64,000 nucleotides of DNA from a virus: IMG/VR virus record IMGVR_UViG_3300027747_004417. One strand, 5' to 3'. Of the stretch, positions 51,210 through 60,901 are shown one piece after another. The notes below the pieces were generated by a model, which was not told where the DNA came from, searched no databases, and saw only the letters and a list, made by a program, of their open reading frames with translations. Numbering within the stretch: the stretch's first letter is position 1; every line of letters starts with the position of its first letter. Position numbers and translations under genes: made by a program.

Positions 51210-54200
51210 TGTTTTCCCTCTTTTTGTATTCTACCGTAAAAGAAACTTCTTCTTCTTGGTTCACTAGATCTTCTACCCCACCCTTTGACAGCCCAGAAAC
51301 TGTGTTTGATCCATTTTCAAGGATATCGCTTGTTATTATTGCCCTTCCATCTCTATCCAAGGTTGGAAATGTGTGTGTAGGTAAGTATGTTTTCTGTCCT
51401 ATAATTGTAGCCTCTTTTTTGTTATATTTTAGTACTTCAAAGTTTACGGAAGACCCACTTAGTCCAAAATACTGCGGTGATCCTGCTAAAGTCACTACGT
51501 CGTCGTTTATTTCATATATCCAATAAGCTATACCATTAATTATAACGATAAAGTTCTCTTTAAAAGAGTTATTTTCAAGTAAATCCCCACCGCTATAAGA
51601 AGATCCATTTTGGATCCCCAACACCGACTCCGTTGCTCCGCTTTGAAGCTTTAACCCTTTAAAGCTTAAATAACCTATTTTATCTTTTACCACCTTTTCT
51701 CTCATATCAATCGTAACGCCGTTCATATCACCCTGATCGTAATTTACTAAATAATATTTATCATTTGTGTTCTCCACAACACCAGAAACATGGTACTCAA
51801 CTTCATCGATCTTTTGATAATAATTGTCTCTAAACAAAATGTTCTTTATTGGATGAAACGATGTATCTAAGGAGGTTACGACTCCTCTTTTTTGTACAAT
51901 AATTCTTCCTTTGTTTGAGCCTCCAACAGAAACTCCATTGTCTTTTAGCGTCCAAGTTTCTCCTGTTGTGTTAGAAGAAGGTAATAAAGAGTCGTAGTCT
52001 AATACTATTTGTCCGTTAACTATATCTTTTATTGGAAAAGTTCCATAGGAAAGCTCTACATCCCAAGCATACAAAGCCGTCGAATTTTCTACATCCTTTA
52101 AAGTTTTTATTTGTCCTTCATCTACTCCTAAAGTAAAGTCATAGTCTTCATCTGTTATGTAGAACAAACCATCCTGTAGGATATTGCAAAGGCTGCCGTT
52201 TATTGGATCAACTTTATTACTTACATCGAATGTGAATGCACTAGAACTTAAAACGCCTCCATCAAATGGAGAGTCAATAACATTGATAGGCTCTAGACTT
52301 GAAGGGTCTGTTATCTTCAAGGTGTTGCCATCAGAAGACAATACAACAGTATACTCACCCGAAATAGCAGAAGGTTCCTTTACTTCAATAAAAGATTTTT
52401 CATTGGGAGCTATGCCACAACTGGAGAGAACAACATCCGGACAGAAAACCACCACTTCTTCATTCGAACAAGTTCCTGAGCCTTCATAAACAGATTCCTC
52501 ATCAGCCAAATCTGATCGGGTCAGCCCCTCTGTAGGGTAGTTCAACATAATTCTAAAAAAATAATTCTGTGCATGACCAGCAACCATAAAGTCAGAACCT
52601 AAATAATTAACTAGCATCTCCAAGCTTTCTTGGGAGGGTTCTACAAACTCATTTATGCCTCCTATAAAGTTGCATGTGTGCATCATCGCGTGGAATGGGG
52701 TGTTCTCTAAAATTGTACCTTTTACTTCCTCTATTTTTTCATCACTTATTTGCTCAACTTCTACATCGATGTCATAGCTGCTGCTTATGCAAGCATAGCA
52801 CGGGTCTGTAAACGACTTGTCTATATCGCAAGGGTCCAACGAATCTCTGATTGATCCGTTGTACTCTTCCATGTGGTAGATGTTTTCGCTATAAGGAAAT
52901 TCTGTTCTTATCTTTCCAAACACTAGCGGATCAAAGAATGGATTCCTTTCTGGAATCAGCACATTGAACATGGGATCATCTTCTCTTAAAGCACGAACAT
53001 TCCAGTTTTTAGGTGGATTCTCAAAACTCCTGAACGCTACAAAAGTGTTATTGTTTGTGCTAGTAGCAGCGGCAGAGACCTTTACCGTTGAGAAGTTTAT
53101 TATTTCTAATATTTGCACAACATTCGCAAATTCAGGACAAGATATTTTTTGTCCCACTCTAAATTCTGACGATAAAGGAAGACCACTAATAACATTAGAT
53201 CCAGACTTGACTTTTGCCTTTACTATTGATTTGGGATCACGCATGTCTATTAAAGGTAAAAGTCTAATATAGTTTTCTATGTCTTGTTCACTTGGATCAT
53301 TTACTTCTCTATACTTGTAAACAATCCTAACCTCATCTCCTTCAACCAGTGGCATGGTTCCTACCCAAGAAAACTTTGTAACACCGTCTTCTGTATAAAA
53401 ATCAAAATCAGTTTCATTTATTTCTTCCCATTCTATGTTCTGAGCCGACCTAAACCAGAATTCAAAGTTCGACGACTCTGCCGGAAATATGGGGTTTTTC
53501 TCTAAAGTAAACTCTCCATTTTCACCATCGAATACAAAAGACTCCTGCCAGGTTTTTGAAGAAATTACCTGCCATAGATGTGTGAATCCCTCTAATTTTG
53601 CTCCTATGTGTCCAAGGGCTTCTGACAAGCCTCCTTTGGTGCCTTTCTTTTTGTACAAAGGTACCGCTCTTTTAATTTGACCTCTCCATCTAGTTGGATC
53701 ATCAGTTTTCAGTTTTAGGCCAAAATAATTAGATAGATAAGGAAGTAAAAACTCATGAAGCGAGTTAGCGTCCTGCAGATCGACTAGTTGATTCGCTAAG
53801 TCTTCTAAAGACTTAAACCCAGAAGCAATAGACTTATTAGTACGTGAAATAACGTCAGGCGATACATCGCCAGAAGATATTTGCGTTTTAAACATTTCGG
53901 GAAGATATCTGTCTAGCAAAGTTTCATATTTGTTTTCTTTTGTATAATGACTAGGCAAAGAAGTTGTTGTTTGCGTGTCGCTCTCAAGATAAAACCTTGT
54001 CTGGTTCGATAAAGAGTCCCCAGCAGGCAAAGGCTTCCAAGTCCAACAAATGAAGTAGTCGCCTTCTCTTGCTTTTTTCGGTTCCCATATATATTTGAAC
54101 TTACATGTGTCTGTGTTTTCTATAATTGCATTGTCTGTGTCCGTTGATAACCAAGCTGGATAGTCATTTGTTCCTATCACTGCTATGGGCTCGGCTTCCC

Positions 54201-54426
54201 TAAAGTAAAACTCAGTTTGATATTTGTCATCTCCTACTTTTTCTTCGTATTTCCTTAAGTTGCCGCTCGAATAGTCTCTAGAAACAAAATAAATTGTTAG
54301 CCTGCTTACCTCGTAGGGATTAGACAACAGAGAACCTCCTGCATTTGGCGTTTCTAGCTCAAATACAATTTTGTCTGTTATAGTTGGGTTCTCGCTTGTT
54401 TTTTTTTCATTCATAGTTGAACTCAA
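51202..54426 (-). CDS. Baseplate wedge protein (gp7 / P2 gpI-like domain)
   Basis: LLDRYLPEMF, LLPYLSNYFG and WRGQIKRAVPLYKKKGT motifs. Directly downstream of gp6. Confidence 0.7.
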   Translation of the reverse strand: MSSTMNEKKTSENPTITDKIVFELETPNAGGSLLSNPYEVSRLTIYFVSRDYSSGNLRKYEEKVGDDKYQTEFYFREAEPIAVIGTNDYPAWLSTDTDNAIIENTDTCKFKYIWEPKKAREGDYFICWTWKPLPAGDSLSNQTRFYLESDTQTTTSLPSHYTKENKYETLLDRYLPEMFKTQISSGDVSPDVISRTNKSIASGFKSLEDLANQLVDLQDANSLHEFLLPYLSNYFGLKLKTDDPTRWRGQIKRAVPLYKKKGTKGGLSEALGHIGAKLEGFTHLWQVISSKTWQESFVFDGENGEFTLEKNPIFPAESSNFEFWFRSAQNIEWEEINETDFDFYTEDGVTKFSWVGTMPLVEGDEVRIVYKYREVNDPSEQDIENYIRLLPLIDMRDPKSIVKAKVKSGSNVISGLPLSSEFRVGQKISCPEFANVVQILEIINFSTVKVSAAATSTNNNTFVAFRSFENPPKNWNVRALREDDPMFNVLIPERNPFFDPLVFGKIRTEFPYSENIYHMEEYNGSIRDSLDPCDIDKSFTDPCYACISSSYDIDVEVEQISDEKIEEVKGTILENTPFHAMMHTCNFIGGINEFVEPSQESLEMLVNYLGSDFMVAGHAQNYFFRIMLNYPTEGLTRSDLADEESVYEGSGTCSNEEVVVFCPDVVLSSCGIAPNEKSFIEVKEPSAISGEYTVVLSSDGNTLKITDPSSLEPINVIDSPFDGGVLSSSAFTFDVSNKVDPINGSLCNILQDGLFYITDEDYDFTLGVDEGQIKTLKDVENSTALYAWDVELSYGTFPIKDIVNGQIVLDYDSLLPSSNTTGETWTLKDNGVSVGGSNKGRIIVQKRGVVTSLDTSFHPIKNILFRDNYYQKIDEVEYHVSGVVENTNDKYYLVNYDQGDMNGVTIDMREKVVKDKIGYLSFKGLKLQSGATESVLGIQNGSSYSGGDLLENNSFKENFIVIINGIAYWIYEINDDVVTLAGSPQYFGLSGSSVNFEVLKYNKKEATIIGQKTYLPTHTFPTLDRDGRAIITSDILENGSNTVSGLSKGGVEDLVNQEEEVSFTVEYKKRENNE

Positions 54427-55960
54427 TGCTTATTATATCTGGTCTTATTATTTGTCTGTAATTAGTTACAACATAAGTACCACTGTTGTTGGGATCATCG
54501 GTAGAGAGCATAACCTCTATCCTTATTATTTCTTTTATATCATTAATAGCCTTGATTATATCAACGTCTTTTACGTTTTGATCATATTCCCAATTGTTTA
54601 ATGAAAAGAATTTATTCACTCTATTTTCTACTTTTATCCTTATTTCGCTTTCAAACTTTCTATAAAATCTATCCATTATTACATCTATCGATACGTCAAG
54701 ATTAATGATCTCTCCATTTTTTATACATACATGATCTGTGACCATTTTTAGCTCATCCATCCTCTGGTTTAGATCGTTCTTTAGCTCGTCAGAAGCTACT
54801 TTAAGTTTATCTGTTCCGTCTAAAGCCAAAACATAAAGGTCTATTATGTTCCCAGAGCAACCGTAGTTTCTTAGCACGGCATTAGATTTACCTATTTGTC
54901 CATGATAAGGAGTGGCAAATTGATCAGCTACAGTTTTGTAGTCTAAACCTGTGACTGCTCTATTCTGAACTCTTATCCATTTGGGAAGCTTATATCTGAT
55001 GTCTTCTATTGTGTCTCCATCATATCCGTTGCTTCCTCGCGTGTAATTTGAAAAAGTTACTGGGACAGGGTACTCAACTCCAGCGGTGTTTATAATTGTT
55101 TGTTTTGTTACAGTATTACTTACAAGGTTTCCAACTGAACCGCCTCCTTGTCGATATACAACCCTAATTAAACTGCCTTGAGAAGGTATCAGTCCAGCTC
55201 GATTATTGCCGAATATAACAAAGGCCTGATAAGCCGAGTCAAATTCAACTCTATATTCTCTTCTTGGTTGAGAGTCTGTAAAGTATTCTACCCTTTCCCA
55301 TTCTACGCCATCAACAAAAACCCTAATAGAATCGTATATTACAGGGCTATCAATTAATGTTAAAGTTTGTGATATTGTTCCACTGCTTACTGTCTCTCTT
55401 GTTCTAGTTCTGCCTTCTAATCCTATAACGCTAGCATTTGCAATGGCACCAGCAGGTATGATTATGTCCCTATCAAATATAGGAACATTTTTTGAATCAG
55501 CTGGATATAATTCTATGTATATTCTGGTGTCGCCCGCATTAACAGAAAGATCGAATGGAGCTGGTATCACTAGATCTGTTAATATTGGATTGTTTAAACT
55601 TGCTGTCCAAAGAGAAGAAGCAGCTATTGGTGGTTGTGGCTGAAAACCTACAAGTTTTGCTAGTCTAAATGCATTGTCTATTTCTGTTACTGTGTCTATG
55701 AAAACCTCATTGGCTATTTGATCTATTTTAAAGCTTAAAGTATCAGCTATAAAAGCCCAGTTTTCTATTAGCATTAAACCTAAAGACGACTCTACAAAAT
55801 CTGTAAAATCAGCCGGAAATTTTTGTCTAATATAATCTATCAACCTGGTCTTCATGGACCAGAAGTCTTGGTTGGTATAGTTTAAATTAAATATATTTGG
55901 GGTTTTAATTGCGTTAGACTGTGCGTAAGGACTAACGTCAAAAGGGCAATTTTCAGTCAT
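54407..55960 (-). CDS. gp6: Baseplate wedge protein
   Basis: DFVESSLG..LIE..A, A.LVG..P, FG....G..P, GGG..GN, NGYDGDTIEDIR and QNRAVT..DY motifs. Confidence 0.9.
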   Translation of the reverse strand: MTENCPFDVSPYAQSNAIKTPNIFNLNYTNQDFWSMKTRLIDYIRQKFPADFTDFVESSLGLMLIENWAFIADTLSFKIDQIANEVFIDTVTEIDNAFRLAKLVGFQPQPPIAASSLWTASLNNPILTDLVIPAPFDLSVNAGDTRIYIELYPADSKNVPIFDRDIIIPAGAIANASVIGLEGRTRTRETVSSGTISQTLTLIDSPVIYDSIRVFVDGVEWERVEYFTDSQPRREYRVEFDSAYQAFVIFGNNRAGLIPSQGSLIRVVYRQGGGSVGNLVSNTVTKQTIINTAGVEYPVPVTFSNYTRGSNGYDGDTIEDIRYKLPKWIRVQNRAVTGLDYKTVADQFATPYHGQIGKSNAVLRNYGCSGNIIDLYVLALDGTDKLKVASDELKNDLNQRMDELKMVTDHVCIKNGEIINLDVSIDVIMDRFYRKFESEIRIKVENRVNKFFSLNNWEYDQNVKDVDIIKAINDIKEIIRIEVMLSTDDPNNSGTYVVTNYRQIIRPDIISIEFNYE

Positions 55961-56387
55961 TTATACCTCCTGGTAAAGGCACTTCCAGTGTTAGCTCTTG
56001 AACGCTTTGTATCTCATTTGGATCAACAAAAATTATTCTTATGGCTAATAAGTGGTCGATTTGGCTTTTGTCATCTAATGGATTTAAAGCACCTTCATCG
56101 ACTTTAGTTAGTACTTCTACCTGTTTTAATGCTATTCTTGGTTCCCACTGTTTAATTGAGTTAATTATTACATTTCTTGCCTCTGATATTAGCCTTGGAT
56201 CGTTGGGCTCAAAAATAAGCTTTTTAAGGGGTGTTCCAAACCTCGGATTCATAACTCTTTCACCCGGATTGGTCAATAAAAGTATTAATAAATCTGATTT
56301 TATTTGATCGACGTCCTGTGACTGAGAAGAAAAGTATCCTCTTACTGTTTTTTGTACTGGATAAGGGAAACCTAAAAATTTAGCCAT
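55953..56387 (-). CDS. gp25: Baseplate wedge / sheath initiator
   Basis: IKSDLLILLLTNPGERVMNPRFG and WEPRI motifs. Start moved to MAKFLGFP, which has an AGGAG RBS. Confidence 0.92.
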   Translation of the reverse strand: MAKFLGFPYPVQKTVRGYFSSQSQDVDQIKSDLLILLLTNPGERVMNPRFGTPLKKLIFEPNDPRLISEARNVIINSIKQWEPRIALKQVEVLTKVDEGALNPLDDKSQIDHLLAIRIIFVDPNEIQSVQELTLEVPLPGGIND

Positions 56388-56395
56388 ACTATCTC

Positions 56396-58489
56396 CTAAC
56401 ACTTAGCAAAAGGTTTAAACATAAATATTGATACCGGACTTCCATTGCATGAGCTAGCAATAACTCTATTGCTTAAGCACACACATCCTTTGCATATGTC
56501 ATAGACCAAAATAGGTGCCGGGCACGGGCCAAATCCGCTATCATCCCCCGGAGCGGGACACTCGTTTCCAGCCAATAAAAAGATGTACTCTTTAGCAAGG
56601 AATAGATGGCTTTTTTCTGTCACATTAAGATATACATCTTTTGTATACACTAGTTTAAGTTTAGATATTATTTCAATCATATTAGAAGGCCTGCTGCAGC
56701 CACCTATGTCTCCCACCACAGTTATATGATCGTCTGTTGTAAGCACGACATAATTACCAGCTACTCTTAAAAAGACTAGACCAGGTCCACTGGGTGCTTC
56801 TTGATATCTGTGTATATGAGGACCTCTGCAGTTGTCTTTGTGTGGACAGAATATTTGGATGTATTGCTGCTGAGTAGACTTTTGATCGAAGTCATCACCA
56901 AAATGCATTTCTAATCCATAACCTGTTCTTATTCTTACAAAAGCTTTGTTTGCATTTGGTATTGGTATGCCACCATCTTTTTTACAAGGGCTGCATTGCT
57001 TGTTGGTATTGTCTACCATGTCTATGGTGTGATTGCTGGTAGACTGTAGATGAATACCTCTTTTTTCACCCGCTTCGCATTCCGGCACTGTGTGATCATT
57101 CAATTCTATCTTATTACCAGTGGCAGTTAGTATTCTTATGAAGTTAGTATCTTCTCTTACGCAAGGTTTACAGTCTAACTCTACGTCGCTCATTTCTATT
57201 CTATGGCCTGTCGCAGACTGCCAATAAGTTCTACCTTCATAAAGATTTGTACAACCAAAGTCGAACTCTCTTTCCCATATTGGATCTCCAAAAGGCTCTG
57301 CAACTGAGTCGTCCATTACAAACGTGTGTCCGGACATAGACATAAATTGGATGCCTGACTGAGGAAGGTCTACGGTGGGATTTTGTGGAGTATTTGGTCC
57401 TCTGTAGGGCCTGCATTCTTGTCTATGCTTGAAGTATGGATTAGATCCAACTTGAGATTTCTTGTACGTAGATCCTTCTGCACTAGTGGATGGATGCCCT
57501 CCTATTATTTTATCATTGCTTTTTGTGCCACATGGACCACCCTTGTCGCATGATGTATTTTCTTTTTTTGTTCCTTCTTTGGGAGTTATATCCTTAGCGT
57601 TGGCAACCTGCTCCGCAGTTGGATTCGGCACGCCTGTGTCTGATCCTGCTGCAACACCTTCCACGCAGCTTGTGTCTCCATAACTTACTGTTCCTCCGCA
57701 CTGAGGATTTGCCCATTGACCGGCATAATGCAAATGATCATCTTTTAGCATTATCCAATTACCGCAACTCGACATTATTTCAAATCTTTTCCACTTTCTG
57801 TTACATTTGGGGTCTCCGTCTACCATTTTAATGGTGTGCTTTTCTGGTGTTCGGAAACCATATATGTTTGGATAGGTTATTAGCTTTTGAGCCTCAGGCT
57901 TTTCTGCAAAGTCAACAACTGTGTTTAAGTCATAACCGTTATAGTTTTCTGTGTTCCATGGCGGAAAGACCTGCGAACCATCATCAGGACCCACCATGTA
58001 GCCTTTTCTATGCCCCTCAGAAACTTTATAGTATTCTTCTATGTTGATGCCCCAATTGTGGTTTCCGTCTGGGCCTCTGTTTCTGTGCCAAGCTGTTCCT
58101 ATGTAATATGCTGATTGTCTGTTTCCATTTTCAAATACTATGCACAAAGTGCTCCCTGCTGGCGGCACCCATGTTAAGCCGCAATCATCAAAACCTCCCA
58201 TCGATGAAACAGGAAAGGCCCAAGGATATTCTTTTATTGGCCTCTTTGGGTCATGGAATATTGGACAATACCATCTAACTCTGTTTTGCTTCCATATGTC
58301 TATGGTTTCGAGACATAAAGCGGTATACATGCCAAATTGCATTTGTGGCTGTTCTACAACTGTAGAGTTTGCCACCAACTCGGCTTTTACCACTCCTTTC
58401 ATCTCATAGTTTATATTTCCTAATCTGTTTTCTAAAGATGCTATTCTTTTAGTTAACTTTTCTATGTCTCTTTCTGTGATTATACCCAT
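56396..58489 (-). CDS. Central spike / hub protein (gp5/VgrG-like OB-fold plus beta-helix), no lysozyme domain seen
   Basis: NRVR..CP...PWAFP...P..GS...V.FE.G....YYIG OB-fold, with repeated SGH/TGH/TGN/SNH-x-I/F-x-M/L-x-D strands. Confidence 0.8.
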   Translation of the reverse strand: MGIITERDIEKLTKRIASLENRLGNINYEMKGVVKAELVANSTVVEQPQMQFGMYTALCLETIDIWKQNRVRWYCPIFHDPKRPIKEYPWAFPVSSMGGFDDCGLTWVPPAGSTLCIVFENGNRQSAYYIGTAWHRNRGPDGNHNWGINIEEYYKVSEGHRKGYMVGPDDGSQVFPPWNTENYNGYDLNTVVDFAEKPEAQKLITYPNIYGFRTPEKHTIKMVDGDPKCNRKWKRFEIMSSCGNWIMLKDDHLHYAGQWANPQCGGTVSYGDTSCVEGVAAGSDTGVPNPTAEQVANAKDITPKEGTKKENTSCDKGGPCGTKSNDKIIGGHPSTSAEGSTYKKSQVGSNPYFKHRQECRPYRGPNTPQNPTVDLPQSGIQFMSMSGHTFVMDDSVAEPFGDPIWEREFDFGCTNLYEGRTYWQSATGHRIEMSDVELDCKPCVREDTNFIRILTATGNKIELNDHTVPECEAGEKRGIHLQSTSNHTIDMVDNTNKQCSPCKKDGGIPIPNANKAFVRIRTGYGLEMHFGDDFDQKSTQQQYIQIFCPHKDNCRGPHIHRYQEAPSGPGLVFLRVAGNYVVLTTDDHITVVGDIGGCSRPSNMIEIISKLKLVYTKDVYLNVTEKSHLFLAKEYIFLLAGNECPAPGDDSGFGPCPAPILVYDICKGCVCLSNRVIASSCNGSPVSIFMFKPFAKC

Positions 58490-58498
58490 AATTTGACC

Positions 58499-60025
58499 TT
58501 ATTTCTTTGGTTCTGCTGCACTTGCTTCCAGCGGATATTCGTTTCCGCATCCACCTATAGGTTCTCCTGCAGGTATGTTTACGTTTGGAGCATCCAATCT
58601 AACCTTAAATGTAGTAACATAGGACCCCATATTTATTTGATGATCTACTCCCAGTATCATCCACCTCTTGTTGCTTAATATTGGGTTGCAGTCTGGTTGT
58701 TGTATCCATGTGCAGCTACCACCGTCAATTCCGGCACCCTCGCCTGCTCCGCCTTCAAAATAATATGGATCTATTACTACTATTGACATAAATCTTCCTG
58801 TATAAAATACTGGATTTACATATTTTGGATCTCCAAATATTTTTAGTTCTGCTTCTATTGGTTTTATCATCTGTTCCCAAGGCTTATTGGCTTCATTTTG
58901 TATGGAGAAGCTTTCCATGGTTTTTTCTCCCGATTCATTTGGATCACTCCACAACCATCGGTCATTAGGTTGATTTTGTGAGGTTTGTGTTCCTGTATTT
59001 TGTATTGGCTGCATTTCTTTTGATTTTACATCTTTACCTGAATTTCCACTTGCAGAACCAGCTGAGGTTCCGCCGCTTCCGGCATTGGCCCCTAAAGGCC
59101 ATTCAACCTGAGGAGCAAACGATAAAACAGGAGACTTATTTCCGCCATTAACTATAAAAGTTCCTATGTTGAGCTCCGTGTCACAACATTTTTTGTTAAC
59201 AGGATCTTCTTGAAATACTATCCTTTTTTCGCATGGATCCCATACTATTAATACTCCAAGTTTCTCTTGGGTCTTTACATTGTTTAACCATTTTCTAGCA
59301 CAAGCCACATTGCTTTCTTGCTCTGGAGCCCAAACAGACTTTGGACCTTCTGGTCCGCCATCGGAGTTTGCAAAGTCGAACTCACCGGTTTTGTCTTTAT
59401 TCAAAAATATTGGGGTTCTGGACTCTGGATCTTTTGTAGTGAATAGATCTCTTAGAGCTGTTTTTAAAGGAGCTTTGTTAGATTCGTCGCCAATAGCTTT
59501 TTCTAGTCTTGCATCAAAAGACCTTACAAAAATATCCTGTGCTTCAAATATAAACTTGATAATTCCATTATCAAAAGTAGTTTGAATGTTTTTAGGCAAA
59601 AACCACAGCTCACCACCACCGTCCCCGCAGCTACTTCTAGATTCATTTGTAATTACATCGGTGTTACCATCGCATGTTTTAACCACCCAACCAAATTTTG
59701 CTTTACAAGAATTAACACCCGTAACCGCCGATAGAGCCTTTGTTATATCAGCGTTTAATCCTTTGACTATATTTTTGTATAGAATTCCTCCTTCGTCTAC
59801 TATTTCTACTTTTATTCCACACCCACCTTGTCCCATTGTAGTTCCATACTGAAAAGACTGTATTGCAGCATGGTTCTGGACCTCGGGTGAAGATCGATTA
59901 CCCGTCAATAAAACAACGTTTCCCCCAACTGTTAGTTCTACATAAGGAGTGTAAACAGCACCGTCTATTGGATGCTGCTCTTCGTTACACATATATTCTG
60001 ATATACAAGATATTTCTGGTTCCAT
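58499..60025 (-). CDS. Baseplate hub protein (gp27/gp44-like)
   Basis: Lies between the gp53-like and spike genes, with C-terminal AELKIFGDP and ILGVDHQINMGSYVTTFKV. Confidence 0.6.
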   Translation of the reverse strand: MEPEISCISEYMCNEEQHPIDGAVYTPYVELTVGGNVVLLTGNRSSPEVQNHAAIQSFQYGTTMGQGGCGIKVEIVDEGGILYKNIVKGLNADITKALSAVTGVNSCKAKFGWVVKTCDGNTDVITNESRSSCGDGGGELWFLPKNIQTTFDNGIIKFIFEAQDIFVRSFDARLEKAIGDESNKAPLKTALRDLFTTKDPESRTPIFLNKDKTGEFDFANSDGGPEGPKSVWAPEQESNVACARKWLNNVKTQEKLGVLIVWDPCEKRIVFQEDPVNKKCCDTELNIGTFIVNGGNKSPVLSFAPQVEWPLGANAGSGGTSAGSASGNSGKDVKSKEMQPIQNTGTQTSQNQPNDRWLWSDPNESGEKTMESFSIQNEANKPWEQMIKPIEAELKIFGDPKYVNPVFYTGRFMSIVVIDPYYFEGGAGEGAGIDGGSCTWIQQPDCNPILSNKRWMILGVDHQINMGSYVTTFKVRLDAPNVNIPAGEPIGGCGNEYPLEASAAEPKK

Positions 60026-60027
60026 TT

Positions 60028-60366
60028 TTAAGCCAATAAAGAGTTAGGAAGTTTAAGATTTAATCCGGCCTTAAAGTCAAATATGTCTTTTATGTTGTTG
60101 TACTCCATGACACGCCACCAAAAGTCAGGTGTTCCGTAAACTTTTGCTGATACTAGATCTGGTCTGTATTCGGTTCCTGGTGTGACTACATAAAACTTTG
60201 TTTTAAGACCTGTGTTTTTTGGTTGATTATTTTGTTTCTTTTTATAAGTTGCGAAAGTTAGAAGTTTGTTTTCTGTGTAGTACACAACGTTAGAACTAGC
60301 ATATCTGCTAGATACGGGAACAAATCTTCTAGGGTCTATGTTTGTTTCTTCTATATGATTAGCCAT
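60028..60366 (-). CDS. Baseplate gp53 / LysM-like protein
   Basis: YRPDLVSAKVYGTPDFWWRVMEYNNI...G.NLKLP motif. Confidence 0.8.
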   Translation of the reverse strand: MANHIEETNIDPRRFVPVSSRYASSNVVYYTENKLLTFATYKKKQNNQPKNTGLKTKFYVVTPGTEYRPDLVSAKVYGTPDFWWRVMEYNNIKDIFDFKAGLNLKLPNSLLA

Positions 60367-60368
60367 TT

Positions 60369-60887
60369 TTAGATATCTCCTATTATGTCTGAAGTTATTG
60401 GCAAACTAGTTTGGTCATATACCACATCAAACTGAAGGTCTATATCTAGCTTGTACGGTATCATCCAAGATTGTTCCCAAGGAACTGATGTGTCAAATTT
60501 TATACTGTAGCTTTTAAGCACACAGCATAACTCTCCACCCGATAACAGACTTCCGCATTTAAGCCTACACAGTGGAGGAGGATGTCCCGACATATTTTCG
60601 GGATAGCAAGCACTCTGCAAGGTTCTTATGTAACCCAGATAAGTCTCAGGGTCCTCTGTCTTCTTTATAATCCAGTGACATGTCCAAGATATTGTTCTTA
60701 GCTCTCCGTTCGCAAATATAACGAAAGGAGATGTTCTTCCTATTGCGTTTTCATTCGTGTAATTTGCACTTTTTGAGTCAGAAATGTCCGGCAATATTGT
60801 CATTGGTATTGTTGCGTAATTTACCACTTCAATATAGCATTCATCTATTTCTACTAAATCTCCGCCTGGTATTGTAGCTTTTGTCAT
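60369..60887 (-). CDS. Tail tube initiator-like protein
   Basis: ISDSKSANY...IGR.SP, PPPLC.L..G and DIDLQF motifs. Directly after the tape measure gene. Confidence 0.65.
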   Translation of the reverse strand: MTKATIPGGDLVEIDECYIEVVNYATIPMTILPDISDSKSANYTNENAIGRTSPFVIFANGELRTISWTCHWIIKKTEDPETYLGYIRTLQSACYPENMSGHPPPLCRLKCGSLLSGGELCCVLKSYSIKFDTSVPWEQSWMIPYKLDIDLQFDVVYDQTSLPITSDIIGDI

Positions 60888-60901
60888 TTAACCTCTAATT
60901 A

